Shown piece by piece: positions 21,795 to 34,185 of a stretch of 64,000 nucleotides of DNA (within the stretch, counting starts at the first letter, position 1; each line of letters opens with the position of its first letter). Below the pieces are notes generated by a model. It was not told the DNA's origin, did not search any database, and was given only the letters and a program-made list of their open reading frames with translations. The position numbers and the translations under genes were made by a program. Location: the IMG/VR virus record IMGVR_UViG_3300035498_001578; one strand, 5' to 3'. Origin of the DNA: an uncultured virus (IMG/VR IMGVR_UViG_3300035498_001578) (lineage: Duplodnaviria; Heunggongvirae; Uroviricota; Caudoviricetes).

Positions 21795-22300
21795 TAAAAG
21801 GGTAGGTGAATAACCTACCTTTTTTATTTATAGAAAATTTTATTTATAGAAAACTTTTAAATATTTAATAAACAATTTAATACTTAGAAAATAAAAATAA
21901 ATATTTATTCTGTATAATTTTTAAATATTTAATATACCGTTTAGAAAGCTCCACAATTGATTTTAAGAGGGTGTATTTGTTTAATGCAGAATTATTCAAG
22001 TAAATCGAAACAACGCATTACAGAGCGAATATGAGCTATTACGCAGCGGAATTTATTTAATTAGTAATTTACCTAATCAGTAATTTATTTAATCAACAAT
22101 TTATTTAAAAGCTTATTTATTTAATATTAAATATTTAAACTTTTCTCATGAAAAAACAATTAAATAAATTATTTATAATTATTTTTCAAAAACTAAAAAT
22201 TAGGCATTGACAAACTTTAAAAAATATGCTATTATAATATATATAGAAAACAGAACACATATTAGTCTTAAAACAAGACGGAAAGGAAAAAGGTGAAATA

Positions 22301-22672
22301 ATGGGATATTATTCAACAGTTAAAGTTTATACAGAGGAAAAGGCATATAAGGAAATTAAAGAAATCATAGATAGCTATGATTACAACAAACCAAACAATA
22401 TACAATTTGTTGCTTGTGCAACACCACATTATATAATCACTTGGGAAGACCGAAAGTGGTATTTCAATGATTGTGTAGATGCTATTGAAAAAAAGCTTGA
22501 AGAAATTATCCATAAAGAAGAAATTGGATATGCAGTTAAGCAAATAATTATCGGTGAAGATAATGCAGTGGAAGAAAAAAGTAATGAGCTTGGGTTTAAT
22601 ACATTCTGTGATTATTACACTATTACAACAGTTACCGAGCCGACAGGCAAAGTCACAAACATTGAAGTTTAA
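22301..22672 (+). CDS. Family-A hypothetical protein
   Basis: Similar to 24224, 24844, 37906 and 45053 (HY.ITW...GY..K.L/I). Confidence 0.8.
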   Translation: MGYYSTVKVYTEEKAYKEIKEIIDSYDYNKPNNIQFVACATPHYIITWEDRKWYFNDCVDAIEKKLEEIIHKEEIGYAVKQIIIGEDNAVEEKSNELGFNTFCDYYTITTVTEPTGKVTNIEV

Positions 22673-22930
22673 AATAAAGGGTAGGTGAATAACCTACCTT
22701 TTTTATTTATAGAAAATTGTTTTACAAAAAATCTTTTCTTAATTTTCTTATTATACTTTTCTTAATAAATTATTTAATAACACATCTGAAAACAGCTCTA
22801 CCTGTATAATTATAAAACTATAATAAATATAGGATTTAAGTATTTGAAATTCATTCTGTAATGTGTTATAATAAAGACAGTTAAAGAAGTAAATACTTAG
22901 TCTACTACATTTGAAAGGGTGGTTTTAATT

Positions 22931-23206
22931 ATGAAAGAAAAATTGGAAGAAATTATCGCATTGCACGATTCAATGAGAAATTGTTATTTTTGGAATGGCG
23001 TTGGCAATTCAAGAAGTCGCAGATGGTATGAAGAAAAGCATAGCTTGACAACAAACTTCGATTTTGAAGGTGATAGCTATAAGGTTGAGCAGATAACAAC
23101 TTGCAGTTGCAGAAATGTTTACTACAAAATGTATATCTACAAAAACGATGAGAGATTTAATAAAGATATCCGCTTTATTAAAAAAGTTTTGAAAACTTGT
23201 GCATAA
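22931..23206 (+). CDS. Hypothetical protein
   Basis: AAAGGGTGG RBS; promoter block homologous to 21160-21280. Confidence 0.75.
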   Translation: MKEKLEEIIALHDSMRNCYFWNGVGNSRSRRWYEEKHSLTTNFDFEGDSYKVEQITTCSCRNVYYKMYIYKNDERFNKDIRFIKKVLKTCA

Positions 23207-23257
23207 CTTTTAAACATTATTTAATTTCTAAACATTATGAAAGGGTGGCAAAGAATT

Positions 23258-23626
23258 ATGAATGAAATGATTAACAAAGTAAAGAGCTACATCAATAGGG
23301 CAATCGCAACAACAACGATTACCAAAGCAGAATTGCTTGAAGAAGGTAGTATCTTTTATATGAATGGTAATGACGGTACAATGTGGGATTTCAGAAATAA
23401 TAATCACACTTGCGAGTTTATGGTGTACTATAAAAACAAATACGGTTTTATAAAGGTATTTGTAAATGCAAATGATACCATAGACGGCTATATGTACCTC
23501 AACGAAGGAAAGGGCGAACCAATCTTTTTAAAGGTTGAAAAACTTGAACAGGGTACAGCAAGAAAATTCGCCGAATATCTTGACGATACTTACGATAAGA
23601 ATGCTTTATGGGATATGGTAGTTTAA
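23258..23626 (+). CDS. Hypothetical protein
   Basis: AAAGGGTGG RBS. Confidence 0.75.
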   Translation: MNEMINKVKSYINRAIATTTITKAELLEEGSIFYMNGNDGTMWDFRNNNHTCEFMVYYKNKYGFIKVFVNANDTIDGYMYLNEGKGEPIFLKVEKLEQGTARKFAEYLDDTYDKNALWDMVV

Positions 23627-24223
23627 TAAAGAGCTATGAAAGTGAGGTGATTAAAAAATAAATTATGAAAGGTGGTGAATATAACTTTAAATATTTATGA
23701 TTAAGAAATTGAAAGCAATTATAATACAGAAGAAAAAATCAAAGTGGTAGTCATTAGATAATTAGTGGCTATCACTATTTTTTTATATAAAAATTTTCTT
23801 AATAAATAATTTAATAAACAATTCATTTAATAATCAGCTCAAATATTTCCTAAATAAATTCTAAATATTTTCTAAGTATTCAATATTCTTTAACACCGCT
23901 TAAAACGCTTTAAAATCGATTTTAAGGTGGTTTTTTATTTAGCTAAACAATTTATCTATCGATTAAGTATAACGCTGCTGAAAACAAAATAAGAGCTATT
24001 CTAAGCTAATTTATTATTTAAGTTTACACAGGACAGGGTTTTACATATTTAATAATCATAAACTATAATGTGTACAAAAAATATAATAAATAAAAATTTA
24101 AAAAAAAGTATTGACAATTAACAAAATTTGTAGTATAATAGAATTATCCTAAGAGGTAGGATAACAACACACAAATATTTATGTAGCCTATATCAACGGC
24201 AGAAAGGAAAAGAGGTAAAAACT

Positions 24224-24586
24224 ATGGATAGTATGAAAACAAGAATTTATGTACAGTGGAAAGCATTTGAGGAAATTGCAGATATTTTAAATCAATTTGA
24301 TTATAACAGACCTGACAGAATTAAAAAGGTTGAAAAGATAATAAACGATATTTCAGTGAGCTATTGTGTTCTCACTTGGGAGGATATCACTTGGAATGAC
24401 TTTTCAGAATGGGGAATAGCAATGGACGAAAAGATTTCTGAATTGTTGCATAACAATGAAGAAGGCTACGGGTTCAAACAGTTGATTATCGGCGAAAGAC
24501 TTGACGATACTGTTGAAGTTTACAACGATACAGGTTGTATAGCATTTGAAGATTTCTATATTGTTAGAAATTTTAATGAAGATTGA
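24224..24586 (+). CDS. Family-A hypothetical protein
   Basis: DYNRP...LTWED...GYGFKQLIIGE. Confidence 0.8.
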   Translation: MDSMKTRIYVQWKAFEEIADILNQFDYNRPDRIKKVEKIINDISVSYCVLTWEDITWNDFSEWGIAMDEKISELLHNNEEGYGFKQLIIGERLDDTVEVYNDTGCIAFEDFYIVRNFNED

Positions 24587-24843
24587 AATAAATAAAATAT
24601 AAATGAAAGGGTGATTGCTTAAGGGAGAATTAAATTTCTCCCTTTATTTTTTTGAATTTAATTTTTACAAAGGCTTAATAAATGATTTAATAATGCAAAG
24701 GAATAAGAAAAAATTAAAAGCTTCGAAAATTAAAAAACTATTGACAAATAATAAAATTTGTGATACAATATAATTACCTTAAAAAGTTAATAAAAATATA
24801 TAAGTCTTAATTAAGACGGAAAGGATATAAACGGGTGAGAAAT

Positions 24844-25239
24844 ATGTTAAACGCTAAATATATTGTAAAGCTTTATTGTGAAGAAAAGAGCTATAAGAAT
24901 TTTAAAGAAGTTATAAATAAATATAAGGATAAAAAACCTAATAAGGTTCAGTTTGTGAATGGTAATAATCCACATTATATTATTACTTGGAATAATGTAG
25001 AGTGTAGCTATCCTTTTTATTCAGATAATTGGAGTAAAGATATACAAAGAGCTATGCAGAATTGTGGCAGCGATAAAGGGAATGGATATAAGTTATTATA
25101 TATAAACTTAGATAACATTTCAGACCACCTTGATAATTGGAGCAATTATAATGAAAGAGGTTTTAAGGTTTTTGAAAAATATCACCTTACGGTACGATTT
25201 ACAGAACCACAGGAAAATGTAGAAAACATTGAAATGTAA
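24844..25239 (+). CDS. Family-A hypothetical protein
   Basis: KPNKVQFV...PHYIITW...GYKLL. Confidence 0.8.
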   Translation: MLNAKYIVKLYCEEKSYKNFKEVINKYKDKKPNKVQFVNGNNPHYIITWNNVECSYPFYSDNWSKDIQRAMQNCGSDKGNGYKLLYINLDNISDHLDNWSNYNERGFKVFEKYHLTVRFTEPQENVENIEM

Positions 25240-25429
25240 TTAGAAATTTAATTTTGAAAAATAAAAAAGGAGCGTGATAGATAACAGGGAGAATTAAATT
25301 TCTCCCTTTTTATTTTTTAAATTTGCTTAATAAACAATTTAAAAAATACTTGACAAACAACAGAATATGTGCTATAATAATACTTGTAAATGATAAATAT
25401 GATTTTGAAGTCTGAAAGGAGAATGACTT

Positions 25430-25873
25430 ATGTATATCTTTGAAAGCGAATATGGTGATGTTATGATAACAACAAATGAAGTTAAGGAAAACGAAACCGC
25501 ACTTAAAAATGCGTATGAGATTTTCAAAAATACATACAAAGAAGAAGTAGCAGACTTCTATGAAATAGAAGATTTCACAGAAAATAAGAAAAACGTACTG
25601 TATGAAATCTATACAGATGACAGCTACAACAATCTGTATGATACAGACAGGGAATATTCTTTTGATAGAATGTCCGCAAAGAGAATAGAAGAAGTTAGGA
25701 TTGAGCAAATCTTTACAGAAGATTTAGACTTAGTTCAGCTCAACACCTACAAGGAAGTTGAAAATGGTGTTTATGTGTTTGATAAAGAATTAAGTTCTTT
25801 TTCAAGAGAAGAAATGCAAAGCACCTACAAAACTTTTGAAAACTTTAAGAGAAAAACCAAAAAGGTAAAGTGA
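25430..25873 (+). CDS. Acidic hypothetical protein
   Basis: 147 aa; consensus promoter at 25350-25378; AAAGGAG RBS. Confidence 0.75.
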   Translation: MYIFESEYGDVMITTNEVKENETALKNAYEIFKNTYKEEVADFYEIEDFTENKKNVLYEIYTDDSYNNLYDTDREYSFDRMSAKRIEEVRIEQIFTEDLDLVQLNTYKEVENGVYVFDKELSSFSREEMQSTYKTFENFKRKTKKVK

Positions 25874-26058
25874 TTTTTCGCTTTATCTTTTTTTATTCTT
25901 TATTATTAAATAATTTACTAAAGTTAAGCGTTTTTATATTTCAACAATATTACAAATAAATTTCTTTTTAAAAAACTATTGACAAATAATAAAAAGTATG
26001 TTATTATAATATATGTAAACAACAAAACACAATATTACAAGGAAAAGAGGAATTGACT

Positions 26059-26403
26059 ATGATTACTACTAAGAGAATGGAAAGAAATATTGATACAATG
26101 AGCCGTTCAGAATTAAAAAAAGAGCTTGAACATTTAAGAGCTGAAAATAAATCTCTTAAAAGAGAATTAAGCAAGAGCAGAAAAACAACAAAGGCAGCGA
26201 GAAAAGAAAACATTACATTCTGTAATATATTTATCGTACTTGCTTTTGTTGGGGCGATAGCAATTTTCAATATAGCTATTGCCGAGGGTTGGGCATACAA
26301 TTATAACGGTTGGTTCTTTAATCACTTAGCATTCATTTATATTGCTTTAGCTGTTTTTGGAATTACTCCCTTTATAGTAAAGTTCTTTTCAAAAGATAAA
26401 TAA
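26059..26403 (+). CDS. Membrane protein (coiled coil plus two TM segments)
   Basis: Two hydrophobic C-terminal segments; promoter and terminator present. Confidence 0.75.
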   Translation: MITTKRMERNIDTMSRSELKKELEHLRAENKSLKRELSKSRKTTKAARKENITFCNIFIVLAFVGAIAIFNIAIAEGWAYNYNGWFFNHLAFIYIALAVFGITPFIVKFFSKDK

Positions 26404-28929
26404 GAAAATTAAAAGGTGGTTGAAAAATACCACCTTTTTTATTGTAAAAAATATTACAAGAAATTAGCGAATAACTCTAAAAAATAAATATACCTCTAAA
26501 AGCTCTCAGAATTGATTTTAAGAGGTGTTTTGATTTTAGTGTATAATTTATTCACTTATTTGTTAAAATTGATTTTAGAGCCATTCTCGTTGATTTTAAG
26601 ATAGGTTTTGTGTTGGTTCTAACTTGTTATCTATAAAAATGTTTTTTATATAAAAAATCTCTTAATTTCTTCTAACTAATTATTTTTTCTAATTATTCCT
26701 AAAATTATTTCTAAATATTCAAGCTCCGCATTGAAATTTTCTTATTAAACAATTTATTAAAAGTTCATTTATTAAAAAACTCTTTTATATTAAAGAACTC
26801 TTTTCTTAAAAAAGCTCTTTTATTAAAGAGTTATTTTTCAAAAATAAATATTATCTTTATAAATTTAGAAAATCGTGGCTGTAATATAAACAAGATGAAA
26901 TTTTTCAATATGCCGTTAAACGGCTCTATTTTCAATTTTAAGAGGTTTTAATTTTTCAAGGTATAATTTATCCACTTATTTATTAAAAGCTCTCAAAATT
27001 GATTGTGAGCGTTTTTAACGCTATTCTAAATCAAAAGTCTAACTAATGTTTTTCTATTTAACAAAACTTACTGAATAATAAAAAATTCTTAATTATAAGT
27101 TTTTATGTATAACTTTATAACAAAAAATCGTTGCGGTTATATTACAAAGGGAAATTTTGCTAAAAAGGAAAAAGTCTTTTCCTAAAGCAAAGAAATATTT
27201 TAAATGATATTTCGAATAATAATAAGAAGTTTAAATAATAAGAAATTTGATGAATATTCTTTTTTCTTAAAGAAGAGGATTTAAAATAAAAGTTTTCTAA
27301 TAACAACTTTTCTTATTATCTGAAAAATAAAAAAAGGAAATTACCAAATAAACAATTTAATAATTTCTTATACAGTAAATTTTTCTTATTTAATTTTTTC
27401 TTAATAATAAGTTTTAATAAATTGGTTTTTTGAAATAAAGTAAATAATAAAATATTTAATTTATAAATTTCAGCTCTGAATAATTATCTTTAAATAAGAA
27501 TTTTAAATAATAACTTTTTTATAATAAGATTTTAAATAATAAACCCTTGAATAAATAAATTAAAATAATAAAGCAAAATAATATTTCTCTGAATAATAAG
27601 TTTTAAATATAGATTTTTTCTAATAAGACTTTTTAACTTAATAAGTAATTTAATTATTCTCCAAAATAAGAAATAAATTTCCTTAATAAGAAAACTTTTA
27701 ATAATAAAGAATTTAATAATACAAGATTTTTTATTCTTAAATATTTAAAATAAATCCCAATTAAAAAATAAATAAATAATAAGCTCTGAATTAATATTTT
27801 CTAATAATATCTTTTAATAATAAGAAATTTAATAAAACAGCTTTTTAAATATTTAATCTTTTTCTTAATAAGGGATTTTATATAAAGTTTTTTAATAAAC
27901 AAATTTTTCTAATAAGAAGATTATTTCTTTTTTCTAATTATTAAATATTTTATTATTTGCAAAACTTATAATTTTACAAGTCCTACAATTAAAACAAATA
28001 ATAATCCTGTTCTTAAAAGAAAAAGAGAAAACAAAAACCCTTCTCATAGTTATTTCGAGTGCGAAAGCACTCTGTGGGATGTGCGAAGCACTCCCACAAC
28101 CCTCTCTCAATCTTTTTCTTATTTCTTATTATTTAAAAATTCTTTATTATTAAAAGTAATTATTTTAAAAACCATTATTCTAATTTTCATTATTTCAAAA
28201 AATAATTAATTCAAATTTCTTATTTAACAAAATTATTTATTATTCTTTTTTGTAATTATTTTAAAAGAAAATTATTTACTGTATCTTATAAAATAATTAA
28301 TTATTAATTTAATTAATAATACTTTTAATAAATTAATTATTAATATTACTTTTAGTTATTTTTTGATAAGTAATTTATTACTTATCTATTTAGTGTCCAT
28401 TCTGGAATAAACTATGTCCAATACTGAATATTTTTTTTACTTTAATTAATCAAACTATTTTTTCTTAAATGCCTTATTTTTATAATATTTCAGCAAGTTA
28501 AATTTTGTAAAAAATGCAATTTTGAATGTACATTTTTGTACAAAAAAGAATAAAAAACACCAATTTTGAAAACTGAAAACAGTACATGGTATGGAGAATT
28601 CGCAAATTACATTGTATTCTTATTTATACATTTATTTTACTTTTTTGAAAATAGAAAAATCCCCAAAACTCTTTAAACAAAGGGCTTTGAGGATTTATTT
28701 TTTATTTTTTTATTGTCTAAATATGAATACTTTTTTTGCTCAAAATTGAATAAAAAAACTTACTTATTTTTTATATCTAACCTAAAGAAGGTTTTTTTTA
28801 TCAAAATAGTTTTCATAAACCATATTATTTGCATTTTTTCAAATTTTATTCATTTTAATAATTTCTTAATAATTGAATGTTTTTAAATATTTTAAAAAAT
28901 AAGGTTATTTCTAATATAAAAAAATAAAG

Positions 28930-30174
28930 GTGGTGAGAAATAATTTGATAATAGTTGAACAACACATTTATAAAAAGACCAATAAACATTATCCACTATT
29001 AGATAAATTATGCTTTTTATCAAAAAATTTATACAATTCAACGCTATATGCTGTACGGCAACATTATTTTGAAACGGGTAAATATTTAAACTATTTTAAT
29101 GTAAATAAGTTATTTTTATCTGAAAATCAAAAAGACTATAGAGCATTCCCGTCAAGGGTTGGCAATATGACACAAAAGTTAGTTGATACAGGATTTAAAA
29201 GTTTCTTTGCTTTATTAAAATTAAAAAAGCAAGGTAAATATAACAAATCAGTAAATATGCCAAAATATTTAAAAAAGGACGGTAGGCAAGTCGTTCACTA
29301 TACTAATAAAGCATTATTAAGAAAAGAAAAAGGATTTATAGGTTTATCGGGAATACCATTATCGGATTTTAAAATAAAAGTCGAAGATAATAAAAAAATT
29401 AAGTTTATAAGAATTATTCCTAAAGGTGGATATATAATATTGGAAATAGCAAAAGAAATCCAAGAACCACCATTAAAAATAAATAATAATTACGCTGCTA
29501 TAGATTTAGGAATAAACAATTTAGCTACTGTAACTTCTAATGTAATGCAACCGTTTATAATAAACGGAAAACCTTTAAAATCTATAAACCAATATTACAA
29601 TAAAAAGTATAGTAAATTAAAATCAGAAGTAAACGGAAGATATAAAACTTATAAAACTTATAAAACAACAAAAAGAATGAATAGTTTATCTTTAAAGAGA
29701 AATAATAAAATAAAAGATTATTTACATAAAGCAAGTAGATTATTAGTGAATCATTTAGTTTCCAATAATATAAGCTTATTAATTATAGGTTATAATAAAG
29801 GATGGAAACAAGACACAAATATGGGAAATGTAAATAATCAAAATTTTGTTTTCATTCCTTTTCTTACATTTATTGATATGCTTATTTATAAATGTAAATT
29901 GGTAGGTATAGATGTTGTTTTAACCGAGGAAAATTATACAAGCCAATGTAGTTTTATTGACAATGAAAAAGTAACCAAGCATAAAAAATATGCTGGGAAA
30001 AGAGTTAAGCGTGGATTATTTAAAACAAGAAAAAAGAAATTTATTAACGCTGACGTAAACGGTAGTTATAATATAATGAAAAAATATTTAACTAAAAAGG
30101 CAGTATGGAATAAGAAAATTTTCTTAGACTGTATAGAGGTGTGCAATACGCCAACGATTTTTACTATTAAATAA
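28930..30174 (+). mobile_element. tnpB: Solo IS200/IS605-family TnpB (no tnpA nearby)
   Basis: SKNLYN, AIDLGINN, IIGYNKGWKQ, EENYTS, RVKRGLF, INADVNGSYNI. Confidence 0.9.
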
Positions 30175-30690
30175 TTTTAAAGATTGTAAACTAATAAATA
30201 TTTTAGAATTGTAACTGTGAATATTAATTTTTAAATTACAATTCTATTTATTGGAATTGTATCTGTGAATATTAATTTTTTTAAAAATGTAAAAAGGCAA
30301 GAGGTTTTATTTTTTTCCCTCTTGCTTTTTTCTTATTTAAGAATAAAAAACTTAGTAACTGACTTACTAAGAATTTTCACCTTGTATTTACAAAAACACC
30401 GATAAATAAAGGATTTTATAATTTCAATTTATAATTTACTGTCGCTAAATTAATTATTAAATATTTATTCTTAATAAATCATTTAATAGTAATTTCATGA
30501 AATAGCGATTTTTAAATATTATTCTAAGTAATAATCTAAACATTAAATAATACCTCTTAAGAACGCTCTACAATCAATTTTAAGAGCTGTTTTATTTTTA
30601 TTTAATTATCTATTCATTGAAAAATAAAAGCCTTGTATAATCGAAAATAAGCAAATAAAAAAGGGATAATTTCTTACCCCTTTTTACTTC

Positions 30691-31245
30691 TTAATATTCC
30701 TCATAAAAACCACATTCAAGCTGTTTGTAGTCCTTTGGCGGTTCAGTTTCAATGGAAATTATATCCCAAGCCCAAGTACCTACTAAATCAGCACAAACCT
30801 CTGAAAAGTAATCTCCACCGCCTTTGCCGTTGCCTATACAAGTCAATAATGGCAATGGGTGTGTATGCCAACCTTCGTCATTTTCAGACTTTTCATAATA
30901 ATCGTTACAATCAATATACAACTTCTTTGAGTGATTGCAAAGATATAAGCCAAACAACTCTGTCGGTTCGTCTTGCATATAAGATACTTGAATGGTTTCC
31001 TGTGGTTCAGCAACGATTTCGCTTAAATTCGCTTTATCTTCTTTATCTGCGTAATCACCTACCCAAGCTACTTGATATTTACTCTTATAAAGAATTGTAT
31101 CAATAACATTGCATAAAGTGTTATCCCACCAAGAGTGTTCTGTCAACTTTAACCCTACAAAATCACCCTCTGCGTATGTCATATCTACATTGTACTTCTT
31201 GCCTGTTGCTACCTCTTTAATGATTGGTGTGTAATATTGCCCCAT
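30691..31245 (-). CDS. Phage-type hypothetical protein
   Basis: MGQYY...GLKLTEHSW...WVGDYAD...HPLPLLT..GNG.GGGDY. Confidence 0.8.
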   Translation of the reverse strand: MGQYYTPIIKEVATGKKYNVDMTYAEGDFVGLKLTEHSWWDNTLCNVIDTILYKSKYQVAWVGDYADKEDKANLSEIVAEPQETIQVSYMQDEPTELFGLYLCNHSKKLYIDCNDYYEKSENDEGWHTHPLPLLTCIGNGKGGGDYFSEVCADLVGTWAWDIISIETEPPKDYKQLECGFYEEY

Positions 31246-31882
31246 AGTTCAAAACTCCTTTCAAAAGTTCAAAATTATATTGTTTACGGTTAGAAGTTTA
31301 AGTACCATTGCTTAACTTCTAAATATATTATAACAAATAAAATAGGAAATTGCAAATACTTTAATCCTATATTTATTATAAGTTTATAATTATATGATTA
31401 TAAAATACTAAGCGGTTTTAAATAGCCGTATAATCGATTTTAAGGTTATGTTTGATTATGTGGTATATTTCTTTGAATAATAAATAAACAGCTCTTATAA
31501 TCGAAAATAACGCTTTATACAGCAGAAATATTACAAGGTGGGATATTGTAAAAAAAATTGTACAAAAGGTACTGTAAAGAAAAAAGATATATATAGTAAA
31601 TTATTTAAGTAATTTATTTAAGAAAATCATTTTTAAATATTTAAACTTATAATAAATAAATTTCTTAATACTTAATTTTAAATATTTATTCTTAATAAAT
31701 CATTTAATAAGAATAAGAGCCGAAGATTGTTAAAAAATTAACAAAGTTTGTGCAGCAGCAAAAAAAGGATGGATAGTTAGAAAAATAATTAGAAAAGATA
31801 ATCGGAAAAGTTTATAAAGAAATTTTTTAAATAAAATTTTTGAATAATAAAAAGGTAGGATATTTCACCTACCTTTCATTTT

Positions 31883-32116
31883 TTAATAACTGTACAACGG
31901 CTGTGTGGCTGTGGGATAATCATTGAAATAATTATCCATTACATTGTGCAACTCCTTTCTTATTTTGCCACTGTTCTTTATACGGCTATCCACATAACAT
32001 ATTGTAAAATCTTCTGTATTCACTCCTTCGATATATGAACACTCAATCAGACTACCACTTAATTTATATTTACTAAAGATATTTCTTATCTTTTCCACAT
32101 ATTCGCTTTTATTCAT
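31883..32116 (-). CDS. Hypothetical protein
   Basis: 77 aa, RBS, terminator after the stop. Confidence 0.7.
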   Translation of the reverse strand: MNKSEYVEKIRNIFSKYKLSGSLIECSYIEGVNTEDFTICYVDSRIKNSGKIRKELHNVMDNYFNDYPTATQPLYSY

Positions 32117-32137
32117 TATCTATCCACCCTTTCATTA

Positions 32138-32335
32138 TTACAGTTCATAATACTTGCCTTCGACCTCAATAACATCAAGCGTTAAATTGCTTTCTATTAT
32201 TTCAACATCGTCAAAGCCGTTTTCAACCAAAATTTTCATAGCTTTTTTGGCTTTTTCCATTGTAGTACACTGTGCAAAAGTCATACCCTCTAAATCGTCA
32301 ATACCTACAACAGCAAAAATTCTTGTTTTTTCCAT
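32138..32335 (-). CDS. Hypothetical protein
   Basis: 65 aa, AAAGGAG RBS. Confidence 0.7.
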   Translation of the reverse strand: MEKTRIFAVVGIDDLEGMTFAQCTTMEKAKKAMKILVENGFDDVEIIESNLTLDVIEVEGKYYEL

Positions 32336-32396
32336 AGTTAAAATCTCCTTTCAAGTTTCCCCCTACCCTATTAAAGGTAGGGGATAGTTTTTATAT

Positions 32397-32711
32397 TTAC
32401 GCTACAAGTTCTCTTACATTTTTATTTTTGGTGTACATTTCTCTCTCAACAAAACAATCACCAAATCTGTCATTCAAATTAAGCAAGTCAGATAATCTTA
32501 CATATCCCCACTCCCATACAACTACATAATGATAGCCAAAGAATAACCAATCTCCGTCCTCTTGCTGTTCACCCTCGGTAACTAACCAAGTGAAATTAGC
32601 ACGAGGGGAAAAGAACTTTACAATTACTTTCGCATTCATACCCTCACCATCGTGTGAGTAAATTGGGTTTTTTCTCAACTCGTTTTCGATTTCCTTAGTC
32701 ATTAACTTCAT
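32397..32711 (-). CDS. DUF2958-like protein
   Basis: VKFFSP...TWLVTEG...FFG...EWGYV.LSDL...VER. Confidence 0.75.
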   Translation of the reverse strand: MKLMTKEIENELRKNPIYSHDGEGMNAKVIVKFFSPRANFTWLVTEGEQQEDGDWLFFGYHYVVVWEWGYVRLSDLLNLNDRFGDCFVEREMYTKNKNVRELVA

Positions 32712-33011
32712 AATTTAACCACCTTTCGTCTGTCTGCTGTGTGTTCTGTGTGCGTGAGCTAAGAGTTTTATTAACTGTTCTCTCTTAACTTCTAAATATA
32801 TTATAGCATACTGTTTAGTAAATTGCAAATACTTAATATTTATAATTATTATAATATTTTTGTTATACGGCTATGTGATATTTAAAGAGATACTAACAAA
32901 TCATTTATTAAATATCTGTAAACAAATTAAATTGTTATAAATAAAAAAGAGGGATTAAACCCTCTTTAATAAGTTTTAAATATTCACCTCATTTTTTATT
33001 CATAATGTTTT

Positions 33012-33179
33012 TTATTCATAATCACTGTATTTGTTATTCAAATATTCCGAATTAAGATATTCAGCCATTACTTTAATATTGTCAAGTTCAGAACAACATT
33101 CTTTTAAGTTCTGTATTCTTTCAAGTTCCTCGGCTAACTGTTCGCTTGTTAATGTATTAAATCTCTCTCTTACTGTCAT
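33012..33179 (-). CDS. Small hypothetical protein (55 aa)
   Basis: Translated by hand: MTVRERFNTLTSEQLAEEL...; AAAGGTGG RBS. Confidence 0.6.
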   Translation of the reverse strand: MTVRERFNTLTSEQLAEELERIQNLKECCSELDNIKVMAEYLNSEYLNNKYSDYE

Positions 33180-33196
33180 TTTAAAAACCACCTTTC

Positions 33197-33439
33197 CTAA
33201 TTTATTTTCATTATCTCATCTTCACCATAGGCTATACCTAAAGAAGAACCACTATCCCACTTAATATGAATTGTACCTATATCGTCAATATTTTCAACAG
33301 TACCCTCTGTACCTATTGGTGGTGCTTGAAAATCATTCATTCTTACAAGTTTAACTCTTGTACCTGTTGGATATTTTTCATTCAGCTCGTTTAATATTTT
33401 ATTTCTTTCAGAACCGCTCATTGTAAAAAAATCTTTCAT
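33197..33439 (-). CDS. DUF4314-like protein
   Basis: YPTGTRVKLVRMND..APPIGTEGTV..IDDIGTIHIKWDSGSSLG. Confidence 0.8.
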   Translation of the reverse strand: MKDFFTMSGSERNKILNELNEKYPTGTRVKLVRMNDFQAPPIGTEGTVENIDDIGTIHIKWDSGSSLGIAYGEDEIMKIN

Positions 33440-33685
33440 AGTAATTTAAAATCTCCTTTCATATTAAAAAATTTTTAATATCTATCGTTTACAATTATTA
33501 TAATATCACATTTTTTATTATTTGTCAATAGTTTTTAAAAATCATTTGTTTGTAAAGAATAATTATTTTATTAAATTGTTTACTAAGAAAAATATTAAAG
33601 AGAATTTCTTTAAATAAAAAGAGCTATTCATAATCGAATAGCTCTTTTTAAGATTAGCTCTTTTTTAAAACCATTTTTTTAAATA

Positions 33686-34093
33686 TTAAAAATGACTTTC
33701 AATAAAGTTTTCAACGGCAGCTTCACACTTATTATAATCTGCTATATTATCAATTACTTCTTTTGCATAACCACCCATATAACCTTGTAAATTAAAAATA
33801 TCAAAATCAGCAAGTACGGGCATTGAACCAACTTTATTATTGTAGCTATTGTCAGTTTCATTTTCTACTTTATAACAAACAAACATATCTTTTCCCGTTT
33901 CACCATCTTCAATATCTTCAATAGGTAATGCTGTGTAAACAAGATGTTCAACTCTTACTGTAATATCATTTCTTGTTATCCACAACTTAGCACATACCTT
34001 TCCGCTCACTTCATTGTCTAAATGAATATTATGGATATAATTTCTTAATTCTTCATACTTACCAATCGTGTCGCATTTACATTCAAATTTCAT
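33686..34093 (-). CDS. Hypothetical protein
   Basis: 135 aa, AAAGGAG RBS. Confidence 0.7.
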   Translation of the reverse strand: MKFECKCDTIGKYEELRNYIHNIHLDNEVSGKVCAKLWITRNDITVRVEHLVYTALPIEDIEDGETGKDMFVCYKVENETDNSYNNKVGSMPVLADFDIFNLQGYMGGYAKEVIDNIADYNKCEAAVENFIESHF

Positions 34094-34185
34094 AATTAAA
34101 AATCTCCTTTCGAATTTTTCAAAGTTATTATTTTTTATGTATGTAGGGTGAGTTTTTTAATTACCCACCCGATATAAAGAAATTT

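Noticed and set aside
26001..26022. dif/Xer site suggested by TATAATATATGTAAAC
   Set aside because: Lacks the 11-6-11 dif layout; explained by the -10 box plus the GTAAAC leader motif
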